DNA of 64,000 nucleotides from an uncultured Actinomycetota bacterium (GTDB taxonomy: Bacteria; Actinomycetota; Actinomycetes; Streptosporangiales; Streptosporangiaceae), in assembly GCA_963822485.1 (NCBI GenBank), contig CAWGHW010000002.1:20507-84506 (forward strand), in the 5' to 3' direction. Shown here in pieces: positions 1 to 8,425 of the stretch (position 1 is its first letter; each line of letters begins with the position of its first letter). A model generated the notes under the pieces. That model saw only the letters and a program-made list of their open reading frames with translations. It was not told the origin of the DNA and did no database searches. The position numbers and the translations under genes were made by a program.

Positions 1-580
1 TCAGCACCGGCACGTCCGGCAGGTTGCGCGAGACGAACGGCACGATGTCCCTGGCCAGGAACGGGCCGAAGGTGACCACGCCCCACAGCCCGATGACCAC
101 GCTGGGGATGCCGGCCAGCAGTTCCAGGAAGACGCCGACCCCGGCGGCCAGCCGCTTGGGCAGCCGCTCCACGATGGCGAGCGCCGCGCCGATCGACAGC
201 GGAACCCCGACGAGCACGGCGATGAGCGTGGTGATCAGGGTGCCGATGATCGAGGAGAAGAAGCCGAAGCTGGCCCCGCTCTGATGAGCGGCCCCGCCGG
301 TGTGCACGATGACCGAGTTGTACCCGCCGCCGCCTGGCGTGTAGACGCTCTTGGAGAAGAAGCTGAGCCCGTTGTAGCGGAACGCCGGGATGGCCTCTAC
401 CAGCAGCACGATGACGATGAAGATCAGCGCGCCGAGCGGGATGATCGCGCCGGCCCGGCCCAGCCAGCGGACCACGTCAAGGCCGCCGCGCCCGCCGCGA
501 GTCCCGTCGCCGGGCAGGCCGGAGAGCGGGCTGTCGCCCGCTCCCTCGGCCGGCCCGGCGCCTGGTGCTGATGCAGCCAC
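1..580 (-). CDS. pstC: Phosphate ABC transporter permease PstC (3' end runs off the window)
   Basis: Not in the ORF track because no stop lies inside the window. Manual minus-strand translation from GTG 580..578 stays open to position 1. It reads VAASAPGAGP...IPAFRYNGLSFFSKSVY...GVPLSIGAALAIVERLPKRLAAGVGVFLELLAGIPSVVIGLWG, a PstC-type permease. Starts 4 nt after the pstS stop. Confidence 0.85.
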   Translation of the reverse strand, partial: MAASAPGAGPAEGAGDSPLSGLPGDGTRGGRGGLDVVRWLGRAGAIIPLGALIFIVIVLLVEAIPAFRYNGLSFFSKSVYTPGGGGYNSVIVHTGGAAHQSGASFGFFSSIIGTLITTLIAVLVGVPLSIGAALAIVERLPKRLAAGVGVFLELLAGIPSVVIGLWGVVTFGPFLARDIVPFVSRNLPDVPVL

Positions 581-584
581 GTTG

Positions 585-1766
585 TCAGGCGCCGATCTTG
601 GCGATCTGCGCGTCGGACAGCTTGACCACACTGGACGGCAGCGGCTGGAAGTCCACCGGGTCCAGGTAGGTGGTCGGGTCCTGGCCCGTGTGCACGGTCC
701 AGTGCAGGAAGGCCCGGATGTCCTCGGCCTTGATGCCGTCGGACTGCTTGGTGTTCACGATCGCGTACTCGAAGTTGATGATCGGGTACGAGGTGGCGCC
801 CGGCCCGTTGATCAGCGACAGCGTCTCGTTGGGCGGGGTCTTGGCCGTCTGCGCGTTGGCGGCGGCCGCGATGGTGGCCGAAGTCGGCGCGACGAACTTG
901 CCGGCGGCGTTCTTCAGCATGGCCGTGCCCAGCCCGGCCGCCTGCGTCTTCTGCAGGTAGCTGATGCCGATGTAGGCCACGCAGCCCTTGGTCGCCTGGC
1001 AGCCGGACACCATGCCGCCGTTGCCGGTCTCGGCCGTGGTGCTGCCCTTGGGCCAGGTGATCGTGGTGTTCACCAGGGACGTCGGCCAGTCGCTCGCGGC
1101 CTGGGCGTTGAGGAAGCTGGTGAACAGGAACGTGTCACCGGAGCTGTCCTCGCGGTGCAGCGGGACGACCTTCATGCTCGGCAGGTTGACGCCCGGGTTG
1201 AGCGCCTTGATCGCCGGGTCGTTCCAGGTGGTGATCTTGCCGTTGTACATGCCCGCCAGCACCGTGGCGTCGAGCTTGAGGTTCTTGATGCCGGGCAGGT
1301 TGTAGTTGATCTGCTGGGCCGAGATGGCCAGCGCGATGTTGACCAGCGACGGAGTGGACGTCTTGGCCGAGGACGACAGGTAGGCGTCCGAGGCGCCCAT
1401 GTCCACCGTGCCCGAGGCCGCGTCGGCCAGGCCGGTGCCGGAACCCGTGGCGCCGGTGTCGATGGTCGCGTAAGGCTGGCCCTTGGTCGCGCCCGACGTG
1501 CTCGCGAACTGCTTCTGGTAGGCCTGCGTCCACGCACCCATCAGCGGGTACAGCAGCGTGCTGCCGGTCTCGAGGATCGTCTTGGGCGTCGTCGACGGCT
1601 TGGTGGGCAGCGCGGGGCCGACCATGGCCGCCGCCGGTGCCGACGCGGACGAAGATGATGATGAGGATGAATTGCCACTGCTACCGCTGCTGCCGCAAGC
1701 CGCCGCGAGAACCGCGATCGGAACGACAGCAGCCGCCGTGTACACCAAACGAAGTCGCCTGGCCAC
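585..1766 (-). CDS. pstS: Phosphate-binding lipoprotein PstS
   Basis: 393-aa ORF. Lipoprotein signal (VLAAACGSS), Ser-rich linker and PBP core (GSTLLYPLMGAW...TGATGSGTG...GISYL). GTG start with GAAGGAG 9 nt upstream. Confidence 0.95.
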   Translation of the reverse strand: MARRLRLVYTAAAVVPIAVLAAACGSSGSSGNSSSSSSSSASAPAAAMVGPALPTKPSTTPKTILETGSTLLYPLMGAWTQAYQKQFASTSGATKGQPYATIDTGATGSGTGLADAASGTVDMGASDAYLSSSAKTSTPSLVNIALAISAQQINYNLPGIKNLKLDATVLAGMYNGKITTWNDPAIKALNPGVNLPSMKVVPLHREDSSGDTFLFTSFLNAQAASDWPTSLVNTTITWPKGSTTAETGNGGMVSGCQATKGCVAYIGISYLQKTQAAGLGTAMLKNAAGKFVAPTSATIAAAANAQTAKTPPNETLSLINGPGATSYPIINFEYAIVNTKQSDGIKAEDIRAFLHWTVHTGQDPTTYLDPVDFQPLPSSVVKLSDAQIAKIGA

Positions 1767-1908
1767 CGGGGAATACTCCTTCAGTCATGCACGTCAAACG
1801 TGCGCTTGGCGACTCGCACGCGGCGCGTGCGATGAGGTCCGCGCACTCGCGCGGCCCTTGCCCCCGTGCCGGAGGAGTGCCGTCCTCCCGCTCGGGTGGA
1901 ACCCCTGA

Positions 1909-2763
1909 CTATCCGAAGCGGCCGCTGACGTAGTTCGCGGTCTCTTCTTCTGCCGGGTGCTCGAATAGCTGCCGGGTTGGTCCGTGCTCGACCATCCGGC
2001 CGCGGTTGAGGAAGATGGTCTCGTCGGCGATGCGGTTCGCCTGCTGCAGGTTGTGCGTGACGATGACCACCGTCAGGCCCGGCACCAGCCTCCGCAGCAG
2101 CGCCTCGATGGACTCCGTGGCCATCGGGTCCAGCGCCGAGGTGGGCTCGTCCAGCAGCAGTACGTCCGGGCTGATCGCCAGCGCGCGCGCCAGGCACAGC
2201 AGCTGCTGCTGGCCGCCGGATAGCTGGAACGGGGAGTCCTTCAGGCGGTCCTTGACCGCGTCCCAGAGCCCGACCTCGGCCAGCCGCTCCTCGAGGATGG
2301 CCCGCAGGCCGACCTTGTCCGCCACCTTGTGCGCGCGGGCGCCGGCCACCACGTTCTCCCCGATCGACATCGGGAACGGGTTGGGGCGCTGGAACAGCAT
2401 GCCCACCTTCTGCCGCAGCGCCATCAGCTGGACCGTCGGGTGCCAGATACTGCGCCCGTCCAGCACCACGTCGCCCGCGTGCCGGTAGCCGCTGACCTTG
2501 TCGTTCATCCGGTTGAAGGTACGCAGCAAGGTGGACTTGCCCGACCCCGTCGGGCCGATCAGCGCGGTCACCGCGCCCCGGCGCACGCCCACGTTGATGT
2601 CGGACAAGATGGTGCGCTGGCTGAAGCCCAGCGTCAGGTCAACCGTGGTCAGCACGGAACTGCCGTTGGTGGCGGGGGTGGCACTGACGGCCGTGTCCTT
2701 GACCGCTGAGCCGGTCGCCGGGAGATCAGCCTCCGACGATTGGCCACCAGCATCTATCGACAT
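1909..2763 (-). CDS. pstB: Phosphate import ATP-binding protein PstB
   Basis: Track ORF 1909..2976 trimmed to ATG 2763 (MSIDAGG...). Walker A GPTGSGKST, signature LSGGQQQ, Walker B LLLDEPTSALD. C-terminus ...ANYVSGRFG is typical of PstB. Confidence 0.9.
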   Translation of the reverse strand: MSIDAGGQSSEADLPATGSAVKDTAVSATPATNGSSVLTTVDLTLGFSQRTILSDINVGVRRGAVTALIGPTGSGKSTLLRTFNRMNDKVSGYRHAGDVVLDGRSIWHPTVQLMALRQKVGMLFQRPNPFPMSIGENVVAGARAHKVADKVGLRAILEERLAEVGLWDAVKDRLKDSPFQLSGGQQQLLCLARALAISPDVLLLDEPTSALDPMATESIEALLRRLVPGLTVVIVTHNLQQANRIADETIFLNRGRMVEHGPTRQLFEHPAEEETANYVSGRFG

Positions 2764-2836
2764 CTCGGTGTCTCGTCCCTGTTTGCCTCGTGATCTCGGT
2801 CGGCCGGGTCCCGGCTGACCCAACCTTTCTAGGAGG

Positions 2837-2869
2837 CGCGGGTTACGAGATGTTGAACAGAAGGTAACC
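2837..2869 (-). promoter_or_regulatory. Candidate PHO box: three consecutive 11-nt direct-repeat units upstream of pstB
   Basis: The minus strand reads GGTTACCTTCT GTTCAACATCT CGTAACCCGCG, 74-106 nt upstream of the pstB ATG. The units partly match the actinomycete PhoP unit G(G/T)TCAYYYR(G/C)G. Confidence 0.3.
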
Positions 2870-2943
2870 AGGAAGGCGACGGGCAGATGGCAAGAAGGGG
2901 AACTCGACGGGCGAGCCTGTCGCGAAGGCTCCCAAAACATAAC

Positions 2944-2971
2944 GGCTCCCCCCTCAGTAACGGGGGGAGCC
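2944..2971. terminator. GC-rich hairpin (10-bp stem, 8-nt loop) after the DUF1416 gene
   Basis: GGCTCCCCCC-tcagtaac-GGGGGGAGCC, lying 32 nt downstream of the stop at 3003. Confidence 0.55.
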
Positions 2972-3002
2972 GCCATGCTCTCCGGTCAGTACTCCGGACC
3001 GG

Positions 3003-3329
3003 TCAGACCGCGACCTCGAGGTTGCTGACCTGGCCAATTGCCGCGGCTACGGCCTGCTCGGCCCGGACGCCACCGGGCGCGAGCACGCGCAGCGTCCAGG
3101 TGCCCGGCGCGGCGAAGAAGCGGAACCCGCCGTCCTCGCCCAGCGGCACCTCGGCCACGAACTCGCCGTCGTGGTTGAGCAGCCGCGCGTACCCGGTCGC
3201 CACCGGCGAGCCCGCCTTGGTGACCCGGCCCTGGACGACCGCCTGGTTGCCCGCGTCGGTGATCGGCGCGCCGCCCGCCGGGGCGCCGCAGCCCGCCGCG
3301 CTCGCGGGGGCCTGTGCATCGGAAGTCAC
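3003..3329 (-). CDS. DUF1416 protein (SseC-like, partner of rhodanese)
   Basis: Track ORF 3003..3575 trimmed to GTG 3329, which overlaps the rhodanese stop as GTGA. The VTSDAQAP...GRVTKAGSPVATGYARLLNHDGEFVAEVPLGEDGGFRFFAAPGTWTLRV pattern and the position after rhodanese match the sseC2 arrangement. Confidence 0.8.
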   Translation of the reverse strand: MTSDAQAPASAAGCGAPAGGAPITDAGNQAVVQGRVTKAGSPVATGYARLLNHDGEFVAEVPLGEDGGFRFFAAPGTWTLRVLAPGGVRAEQAVAAAIGQVSNLEVAV

Positions 3330-4165
3330 GACTCGTCTCCCGTCTTGATCGGCACGCCGACCAGCGAGCCGTACTCGGTCCAGGAGCCGTCGTAGTTCTT
3401 CACGTTCGGCTGGCCGAGCAACTCGTGCAGGACGAACCAGGTGTGCGCCGAGCGCTCGCCGATCCGGCAGTAGGCGATGGTGTCGACGTTGAAGTCCACG
3501 CCCGCCTCCCCGTACAGGGTGCGCAGCGCGTCGTCGGACTTGAACGTGCCGTCCTCGTCGGCCGCCTTGGACCACGGGACGTTCCTGGCCGTCGGGATGT
3601 GGCCGCCGCGCTGCGCCTGCTCCTGCGGCAGGTGGGCGGGCGCCAGCAGCCGGCCGGCGAACTCGTCAGGCGAGCGCACGTCGACCAGGTTGAGGTTGCC
3701 GATCGCCGCCACGACCTCATCCCGGAACGCGCGCAGCGAGGTGTCCTGCTCCTGGGCGTGGTACTGGGTGGCCGGCCGCTGCGGCACCTCGGTGACCAGC
3801 TCGCGGGACTCCAGCTCCCACTTCTTGCGGCCGCCGTCGAGCAGCTTCACGTTCTGGTGCCCGTAGAGCCTGAAGTACCAGTACGCGTACGCCGCGAACC
3901 AGTTGTTGTTCCCCCCGTAGAGCACGACGGTGTCGTCGTTGGCTATGCCGCGCTCGGACAGCAGCTTCTCGAAGCCCTCCCGGTCGACGAAGTCGCGCCG
4001 GACCGGGTCCTGAAGGTCCTTCTTCCAGTCGATCTTGACCGCGTTGCGGATGTGGCCCTTGTCGTACGCGCTGGTGTCCTCGTCCACCTCGACCAGGACC
4101 AGGCCAGGCTCGCCGTTGTGGGCCTCCACCCAATCGGCGTCCACCAGGACGTCGGCACGGCTCAT
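3326..4165 (-). CDS. Thiosulfate sulfurtransferase (tandem rhodanese, CysA2/SseA-like)
   Basis: 279-aa ORF with two rhodanese domains. Active-site loop is YCRIGERSAHTW. Confidence 0.92.
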   Translation of the reverse strand: MSRADVLVDADWVEAHNGEPGLVLVEVDEDTSAYDKGHIRNAVKIDWKKDLQDPVRRDFVDREGFEKLLSERGIANDDTVVLYGGNNNWFAAYAYWYFRLYGHQNVKLLDGGRKKWELESRELVTEVPQRPATQYHAQEQDTSLRAFRDEVVAAIGNLNLVDVRSPDEFAGRLLAPAHLPQEQAQRGGHIPTARNVPWSKAADEDGTFKSDDALRTLYGEAGVDFNVDTIAYCRIGERSAHTWFVLHELLGQPNVKNYDGSWTEYGSLVGVPIKTGDES

Positions 4166-4614
4166 AGTGAAACCTCCTTGTTAGCATCGGCCGGGGCCAG
4201 CTGGCGGCCCGGCCAGATACGTCGGATGAGCAGGTACATCTCGCAGCCCAGGCACAGGCCGAAGATGCCGTTCAGGAAGGCCGCGACGAGCCCGGCGGCG
4301 GCCGCCGCCATGCCCAGCGGTTCCACGCCGGCGGCGTAGCCGATCACGCCAACGACGCTGATGACCAGGCCGACGCCCTGTGCGAAGCGCGGCGGCGCGG
4401 CGGACTCGAGCTCGCGGGGCGGGCCGAGCCGGGGCCTGATGAGCCATCGGTACAGCAGCCCGTACGGCGACTTCGGCAGGCCGAGGCCTACCCCGATGGC
4501 GAAGAACAACGCCTGCACGGCCAGCAGCCACGCGCTGCTGGTCAGGAGGACCACCACAAAGACGATCATGGTGATCAGGGCGCCAAACCGCGGGCCTCTG
4601 GGATCGATCATCAT
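4162..4614 (-). CDS. DUF4395 membrane protein
   Basis: 150-aa ORF with 4 hydrophobic segments and a conserved GLCLGCEMY motif. ATGA overlap with the rhodanese start. Confidence 0.8.
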   Translation of the reverse strand: MMIDPRGPRFGALITMIVFVVVLLTSSAWLLAVQALFFAIGVGLGLPKSPYGLLYRWLIRPRLGPPRELESAAPPRFAQGVGLVISVVGVIGYAAGVEPLGMAAAAAGLVAAFLNGIFGLCLGCEMYLLIRRIWPGRQLAPADANKEVSL

Positions 4615-4938
4615 CGGGTGCTCCTGTTCGGCTCGTGCCTGGCGGGATATGCGCCGCTGCCTCGCGGCGGCAGGCGCCCGGCGGCCGCACGTCTCGGCGC
4701 GGCTGCGGGGCGGTGCAGGTGATGACCGTCGACCGGCGCGGGCCCACGCGAGCTCACGAGGCTGGCCGGGCCGGATCGACTATCAGCTAAGGACAACAGA
4801 TGGCCGTGGCAACCCGGCAGAAGTCCACTGCCCGGCGCCTGGTCAGTGCCGCGGCCTGCGGCCGGGCCCGGCAATCCCGGCCGATCCGGATGGTCTCAGC
4901 CACGTAGACGATGCTATGCGTGGCCCGGCGCGGTGTCA

Positions 4939-5508
4939 CTATCCCGCTTCCAGACCTGTTGGATAGGAATCAGGCGACCCGGACTCGACCGCCACGCCCA
5001 GCGCGCCGATCACATCGGCCTTGCGAGGCTGTCCGCTGGCCCGGCGCACGATCCGGCCGTCCGCCGCGAGCACCAGCACCGTCGGAGTGCGCAGGATGCC
5101 CAGCTCGCGCACCAGGTCCAGGCGTGACTCGGCATCGATCTCCACGTGCGCGACGCCCTCGGTCATGCCGGCCACTTCGGACAGGACCCGCCGGGTGGCC
5201 CGGCACGGGGCGCAGAATGCCGAGGAGAACTGGAGCAGCGTGGCCCGCTCGCCCAGCGGCTGGCCGATCTCAGACGGGCTGACCCGCGGCCCAGCGGCGG
5301 CCGCCGTCGCGGCGTCGGCTGAGGTCAGGTCGGCGGTGGCCGAGTCCACCGGCAGTCCGCCAGGCCGGCTCTCCTCCCGTGCCGCCCTGGCTGATCCGGC
5401 TCCGGGCTGGCGCGGCGCGCGCATCTTGCCGTTCGTCGCCCGCCAGGTCAGACCGATCGCCGTCGCGACGACCAGCGCCGCCAGGCATGCCACCAGTCCA
5501 GCTGTCAC
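4939..5508 (-). CDS. Membrane-anchored thioredoxin-like protein (ThiX/TlpA-like)
   Basis: C-terminal part of track ORF 4939..6573. One TM segment (VVTAGLVACLAALVVATAIGL) and a CxxC site (FSSAFCAPCRATR). Start set at GTG 5508 with GAAGG upstream. A TTG near 5562 is an alternative. Confidence 0.75.
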   Translation of the reverse strand: MTAGLVACLAALVVATAIGLTWRATNGKMRAPRQPGAGSARAAREESRPGGLPVDSATADLTSADAATAAAAGPRVSPSEIGQPLGERATLLQFSSAFCAPCRATRRVLSEVAGMTEGVAHVEIDAESRLDLVRELGILRTPTVLVLAADGRIVRRASGQPRKADVIGALGVAVESGSPDSYPTGLEAG

Positions 5509-5588
5509 GACGCCTTCAGCGCGCGCTGCCGCCGGGGCATTCCCGTCCGGCGTCCTCAATCGCGCGAGAGTCCCGACCGGAACCCCCG

Positions 5589-6284
5589 CTAGGCGTTCAC
5601 GCTGAGCAGCGGCTTGCCGTGCGCGGCGATCTGGAAGCCCTCCACGTCGGGCTCGGCAACGTCCGACGAGATCCAGTACCAGTGCTCGCCGTAGCCCTGG
5701 CCGATCGTCCAGTTGCCGGCCACCGTGCGCTGTCCGCCTGAGCCGACGACATAGAACGTGCAGCGCGTGCCCGGCGGGATGCCCATGACCCCGACGCGCA
5801 TCGCGGTGCCGCCGAAGGACGTCGGCGAGTAGCGGATCTGGGCCGTGACGCCTGCGCTGCTGCCCGTGACCGTCTCCGCAGGCGCGGGTGCCCCCGGCTG
5901 CAGCGCGTTGACCACGCCGGCCGTGCCGCCCGCGGCGATGGCCACCGCCGCGGCCAGCGCCAGGACCGAGCGCCAGCGGCGCGCCCGGCGCCGCGCGGCG
6001 ACCCGGCGCAGCAGGCCGTTCAGCAGGTCGGCCGGGGGCTCGGTCATATCGGGCAGCCCATGGCCCTCGGCGGTCAGCCGCTCGGCGTCGGCCAGCGGGA
6101 CCCGCCTGAGCAGGGCGGGCAGCCCGGCCAGGCCGCTCAGCTCCTCCCGGCAGTCGCGGCACCATTCCAGGTGCGCGTCCACCACGCTTCGCTCGGCCGG
6201 GTCGATGGCCCCCACCACATAGACGCCCAGCAACTGCCGTATCTCGCGGCAGGCGGGCCCGCTCATGCCTCTGGTGCTGGTCAT
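5589..6284 (-). CDS. Anti-sigma factor (zf-HC2 type) with TM segment and extracytoplasmic domain
   Basis: Track ORF 5589..6476 trimmed to ATG 6284 (MTSTRGMSGPACREIRQLL...). Motif is H-x3-C-x2-C (HLEWCRDCREEL). ATGA overlap with the sigma gene stop. Confidence 0.85.
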   Translation of the reverse strand: MTSTRGMSGPACREIRQLLGVYVVGAIDPAERSVVDAHLEWCRDCREELSGLAGLPALLRRVPLADAERLTAEGHGLPDMTEPPADLLNGLLRRVAARRRARRWRSVLALAAAVAIAAGGTAGVVNALQPGAPAPAETVTGSSAGVTAQIRYSPTSFGGTAMRVGVMGIPPGTRCTFYVVGSGGQRTVAGNWTIGQGYGEHWYWISSDVAEPDVEGFQIAAHGKPLLSVNA

Positions 6285-6823
6285 GGCGCGAACCCCCTCT
6301 CCTCCAGGGCCAGCTTGAGAGCCCGCAGCGCGTAGAACGTCCGTGACTTGACGGTACCGGCCGGAATTCCCAGGACGGCCGCCGCCTCGGCGACGGACTT
6401 GCCGCGGTAATAGGTCTCCAGCAGGACACCTTTGTGCTCGGGCCGCAGTGACCTGACCGCGTCGGCCACCGCCCACGATTCCAAGGCTCGCTCCGCTTCA
6501 TCCGGAGCCGGCATGAGGTCCAGGGCACCCTCGCCCACCTCATGCGGCCGTGCCTTCCGGGCCCGGAAAGCATCCACGGCCAGGTTACGGGCGACGGCGA
6601 ACAACCATGGCCGGGCTGGGCGATCGGCGATCGCCTCCGGGTGCAGCCAGGCTCGCAGCAGTGTTTCCTGCACTATGTCCTCCGCACGCTGCCGGTCCCC
6701 GCTCATCAAGTGCAGCGCGTACCGCAGCAGTGGGCCCGCGTGCTCGGTATAGAGCGCGCGCACCAGTTCCTCGTCGGATGCCGGCCCGGGCGGGCCTGCC
6801 TCCGAGCCGTCTAGCCCAGCCAC
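6281..6823 (-). CDS. ECF RNA polymerase sigma factor
   Basis: 180-aa ORF. Region 2 reads DIVQETLLRAW...WLFAVARNLAVD. Region 4 reads SVAEAAAVLGIPAGTVKSRTFYALRAL. Confidence 0.92.
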   Translation of the reverse strand: MAGLDGSEAGPPGPASDEELVRALYTEHAGPLLRYALHLMSGDRQRAEDIVQETLLRAWLHPEAIADRPARPWLFAVARNLAVDAFRARKARPHEVGEGALDLMPAPDEAERALESWAVADAVRSLRPEHKGVLLETYYRGKSVAEAAAVLGIPAGTVKSRTFYALRALKLALEERGFAP

Positions 6824-6911
6824 GCTCTATGGAACGGCATCGGGGAGGATTCGGTTCATCATCGTGGTCAGATCCCAGGTCGGCGGGTCGGCGGGTCGGC
6901 GGGTCGGCTGG

Positions 6912-7217
6912 CTATCCGCCCGCGAACGGGGGGAGGACCTCGATGACGGCGCCATCGGCCAGCAGCACGGCGTCGGCGGCTCTGGTGCCCACCGGATGCC
7001 CGTCGATCAGGAAGGAGGACCGGGCCAGCACCGAGCTGAGCCGGGCACCGCCGTCCGCCACGGCGCCGCCGGCTGGCCCGCCGGACTCGGCATACTCGCG
7101 GCGCCGGCCGCGGATGACGCCGAGGGCCGCGGCCAGCGTGTCCGCCGTAACGGTCTCCTCGGCCACCCCCGCGGCCTCCTTCGCTGCGGCCCAGTAGCGC
7201 ATGGTGACGATAGCCAT
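6912..7217 (-). CDS. moaD: MoaD/ThiS-family sulfur-carrier protein
   Basis: 101-aa ORF. Has an MRYWAAAKEAAG N-terminus and a C-terminal ...VLPPFAGG di-glycine. GAGGA RBS upstream. Confidence 0.8.
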   Translation of the reverse strand: MAIVTMRYWAAAKEAAGVAEETVTADTLAAALGVIRGRRREYAESGGPAGGAVADGGARLSSVLARSSFLIDGHPVGTRAADAVLLADGAVIEVLPPFAGG

Positions 7218-7327
7218 GTCAGCTATCCTCGCTCATGACGGCCACGGACAAAGGCGACCCCGGGCCCTCACGGGAGTTGATGGGCAGACCTAGCCGCGGA
7301 TAGCAGCGCGGGCCGGAGGTGGCACGC

Positions 7328-8344
7328 TTGAGTAATGTGCTGTTGCTGACCGGGGGGCACGAGCCGCCCTCCGACATCCTGCCGTCGCTGACGCTGCTGC
7401 CACACGCGGTCCGGGTCGCCCCCGCCGTGGCGGCGTCGGTGGGCGGCAGCCCCGTGCCCGACGCCGTGCTGGTCGACGCGCGGCGCGACCTGGTGCAGGC
7501 CAAGCGACTGGTGCAGGCGCTGCGCGGCGTGGACCGTGCGCTGCCCGTGCTGGTCATCGTGACCGAGGGCGGCTGGGCCGCACTGGCCGCCGACTGGGGC
7601 GCCGACGACGTCGTGCTGTCCGCCGCGGGTCCCGGCGAGGTCGACGCCCGCCTCCGGCTGGCCCTCGGGCGGGTCGCCGGGGCCGTACCCGAGCAGTCCG
7701 GCGAGATCCGGTCCGGAGAGCTGGTCATCAACGAGGTCACGTACTCGGCGCAGATGAAACGCCGCTCACTGGACCTGACGTTCAAGGAGTTCGAGCTGCT
7801 CAAGTTCCTGGCTCAGCAGCCAGGCCGGGTGTTCACCAGGGCTCAGCTGCTTCAGGAGGTCTGGGGCTACGACTACTTCGGCGGCACCCGCACCGTCGAC
7901 GTGCACGTCCGCCGGCTCCGGGCCAAGCTCGGCGCCGAGAACGAGGACCTCATCGGCACCGTGCGCAACGTCGGCTACCGGTTCGTGCCCGCCCGGGCGA
8001 GCGGCCGCCCGGCCGACACCGACGACGCCACGGCGCAGCATGCGGCCGGCGGCGAGCCTCATCAGGCGGACGGCGACTCCGGCCACCCGGCGGACCAAGC
8101 CGACGCCCCGCGCACCGCCCGGCGAGCCTCTCAGGCGGACGGCGACTCCGGCCACCCGCGGACCAAGCCGACGCCCCGCCCCCGCCCGGTGAGCCGCGCC
8201 CGGCCAGTGAGCCCCGCCCGGCCGCCGAGTCGCAGCCGGCCGACCGGGTCCGGCCCAGCGACCAGGCTTCCGCGGGCCTGCGCGACGGGCCGCGGGCCGT
8301 CCCGCGCCGCCACCCTGACAGTCACCCTGACAACGGCGGCCTGA
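7328..8344 (+). CDS. glnR: GlnR, orphan OmpR-type global nitrogen regulator, with a long Pro/Arg-rich C-terminal extension
   Basis: Close match to remembered Streptomyces GlnR: LLLT...[55 protein letters not shown]...[17 protein letters not shown] at 7315-7319 favours TTG 7328 over the track start at GTG 7319. Confidence 0.9.
   Translation: MSNVLLLTGGHEPPSDILPSLTLLPHAVRVAPAVAASVGGSPVPDAVLVDARRDLVQAKRLVQALRGVDRALPVLVIVTEGGWAALAADWGADDVVLSAAGPGEVDARLRLALGRVAGAVPEQSGEIRSGELVINEVTYSAQMKRRSLDLTFKEFELLKFLAQQPGRVFTRAQLLQEVWGYDYFGGTRTVDVHVRRLRAKLGAENEDLIGTVRNVGYRFVPARASGRPADTDDATAQHAAGGEPHQADGDSGHPADQADAPRTARRASQADGDSGHPRTKPTPRPRPVSRARPVSPARPPSRSRPTGSGPATRLPRACATGRGPSRAATLTVTLTTAA
8051..8179 (+). 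repeat. Imperfect 70-bp-period tandem duplication inside the glnR 3' tail
   Basis: Copy 1 at 8051-8111 and copy 2 at 8121-8179 share GGCGAGCCTC(A)TCAGGCGGACGGCGACTCCGGCCACCCG(G)CGGACCAAGCCGACGCCCCGC. They differ by two 1-nt indels. Confidence 0.9.
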
Positions 8345-8425
8345 AGCAGGCCGAGTCCGCCCACGCCGAGCGCTAGCCGGCCCCCGGTCCGTCTAGGCCG
8401 GACGCCGGCCGGGCAGGATCATGCC

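Noticed and set aside
4939-6573. 544-aa minus-strand ORF spanning the thioredoxin, anti-sigma and sigma region
   Set aside because: Only its C-terminal ~189 aa (the thioredoxin-like protein) are credible. Upstream it runs out of frame through the anti-sigma and sigma genes, which have their own motif-bearing frames and ATGA coupling.
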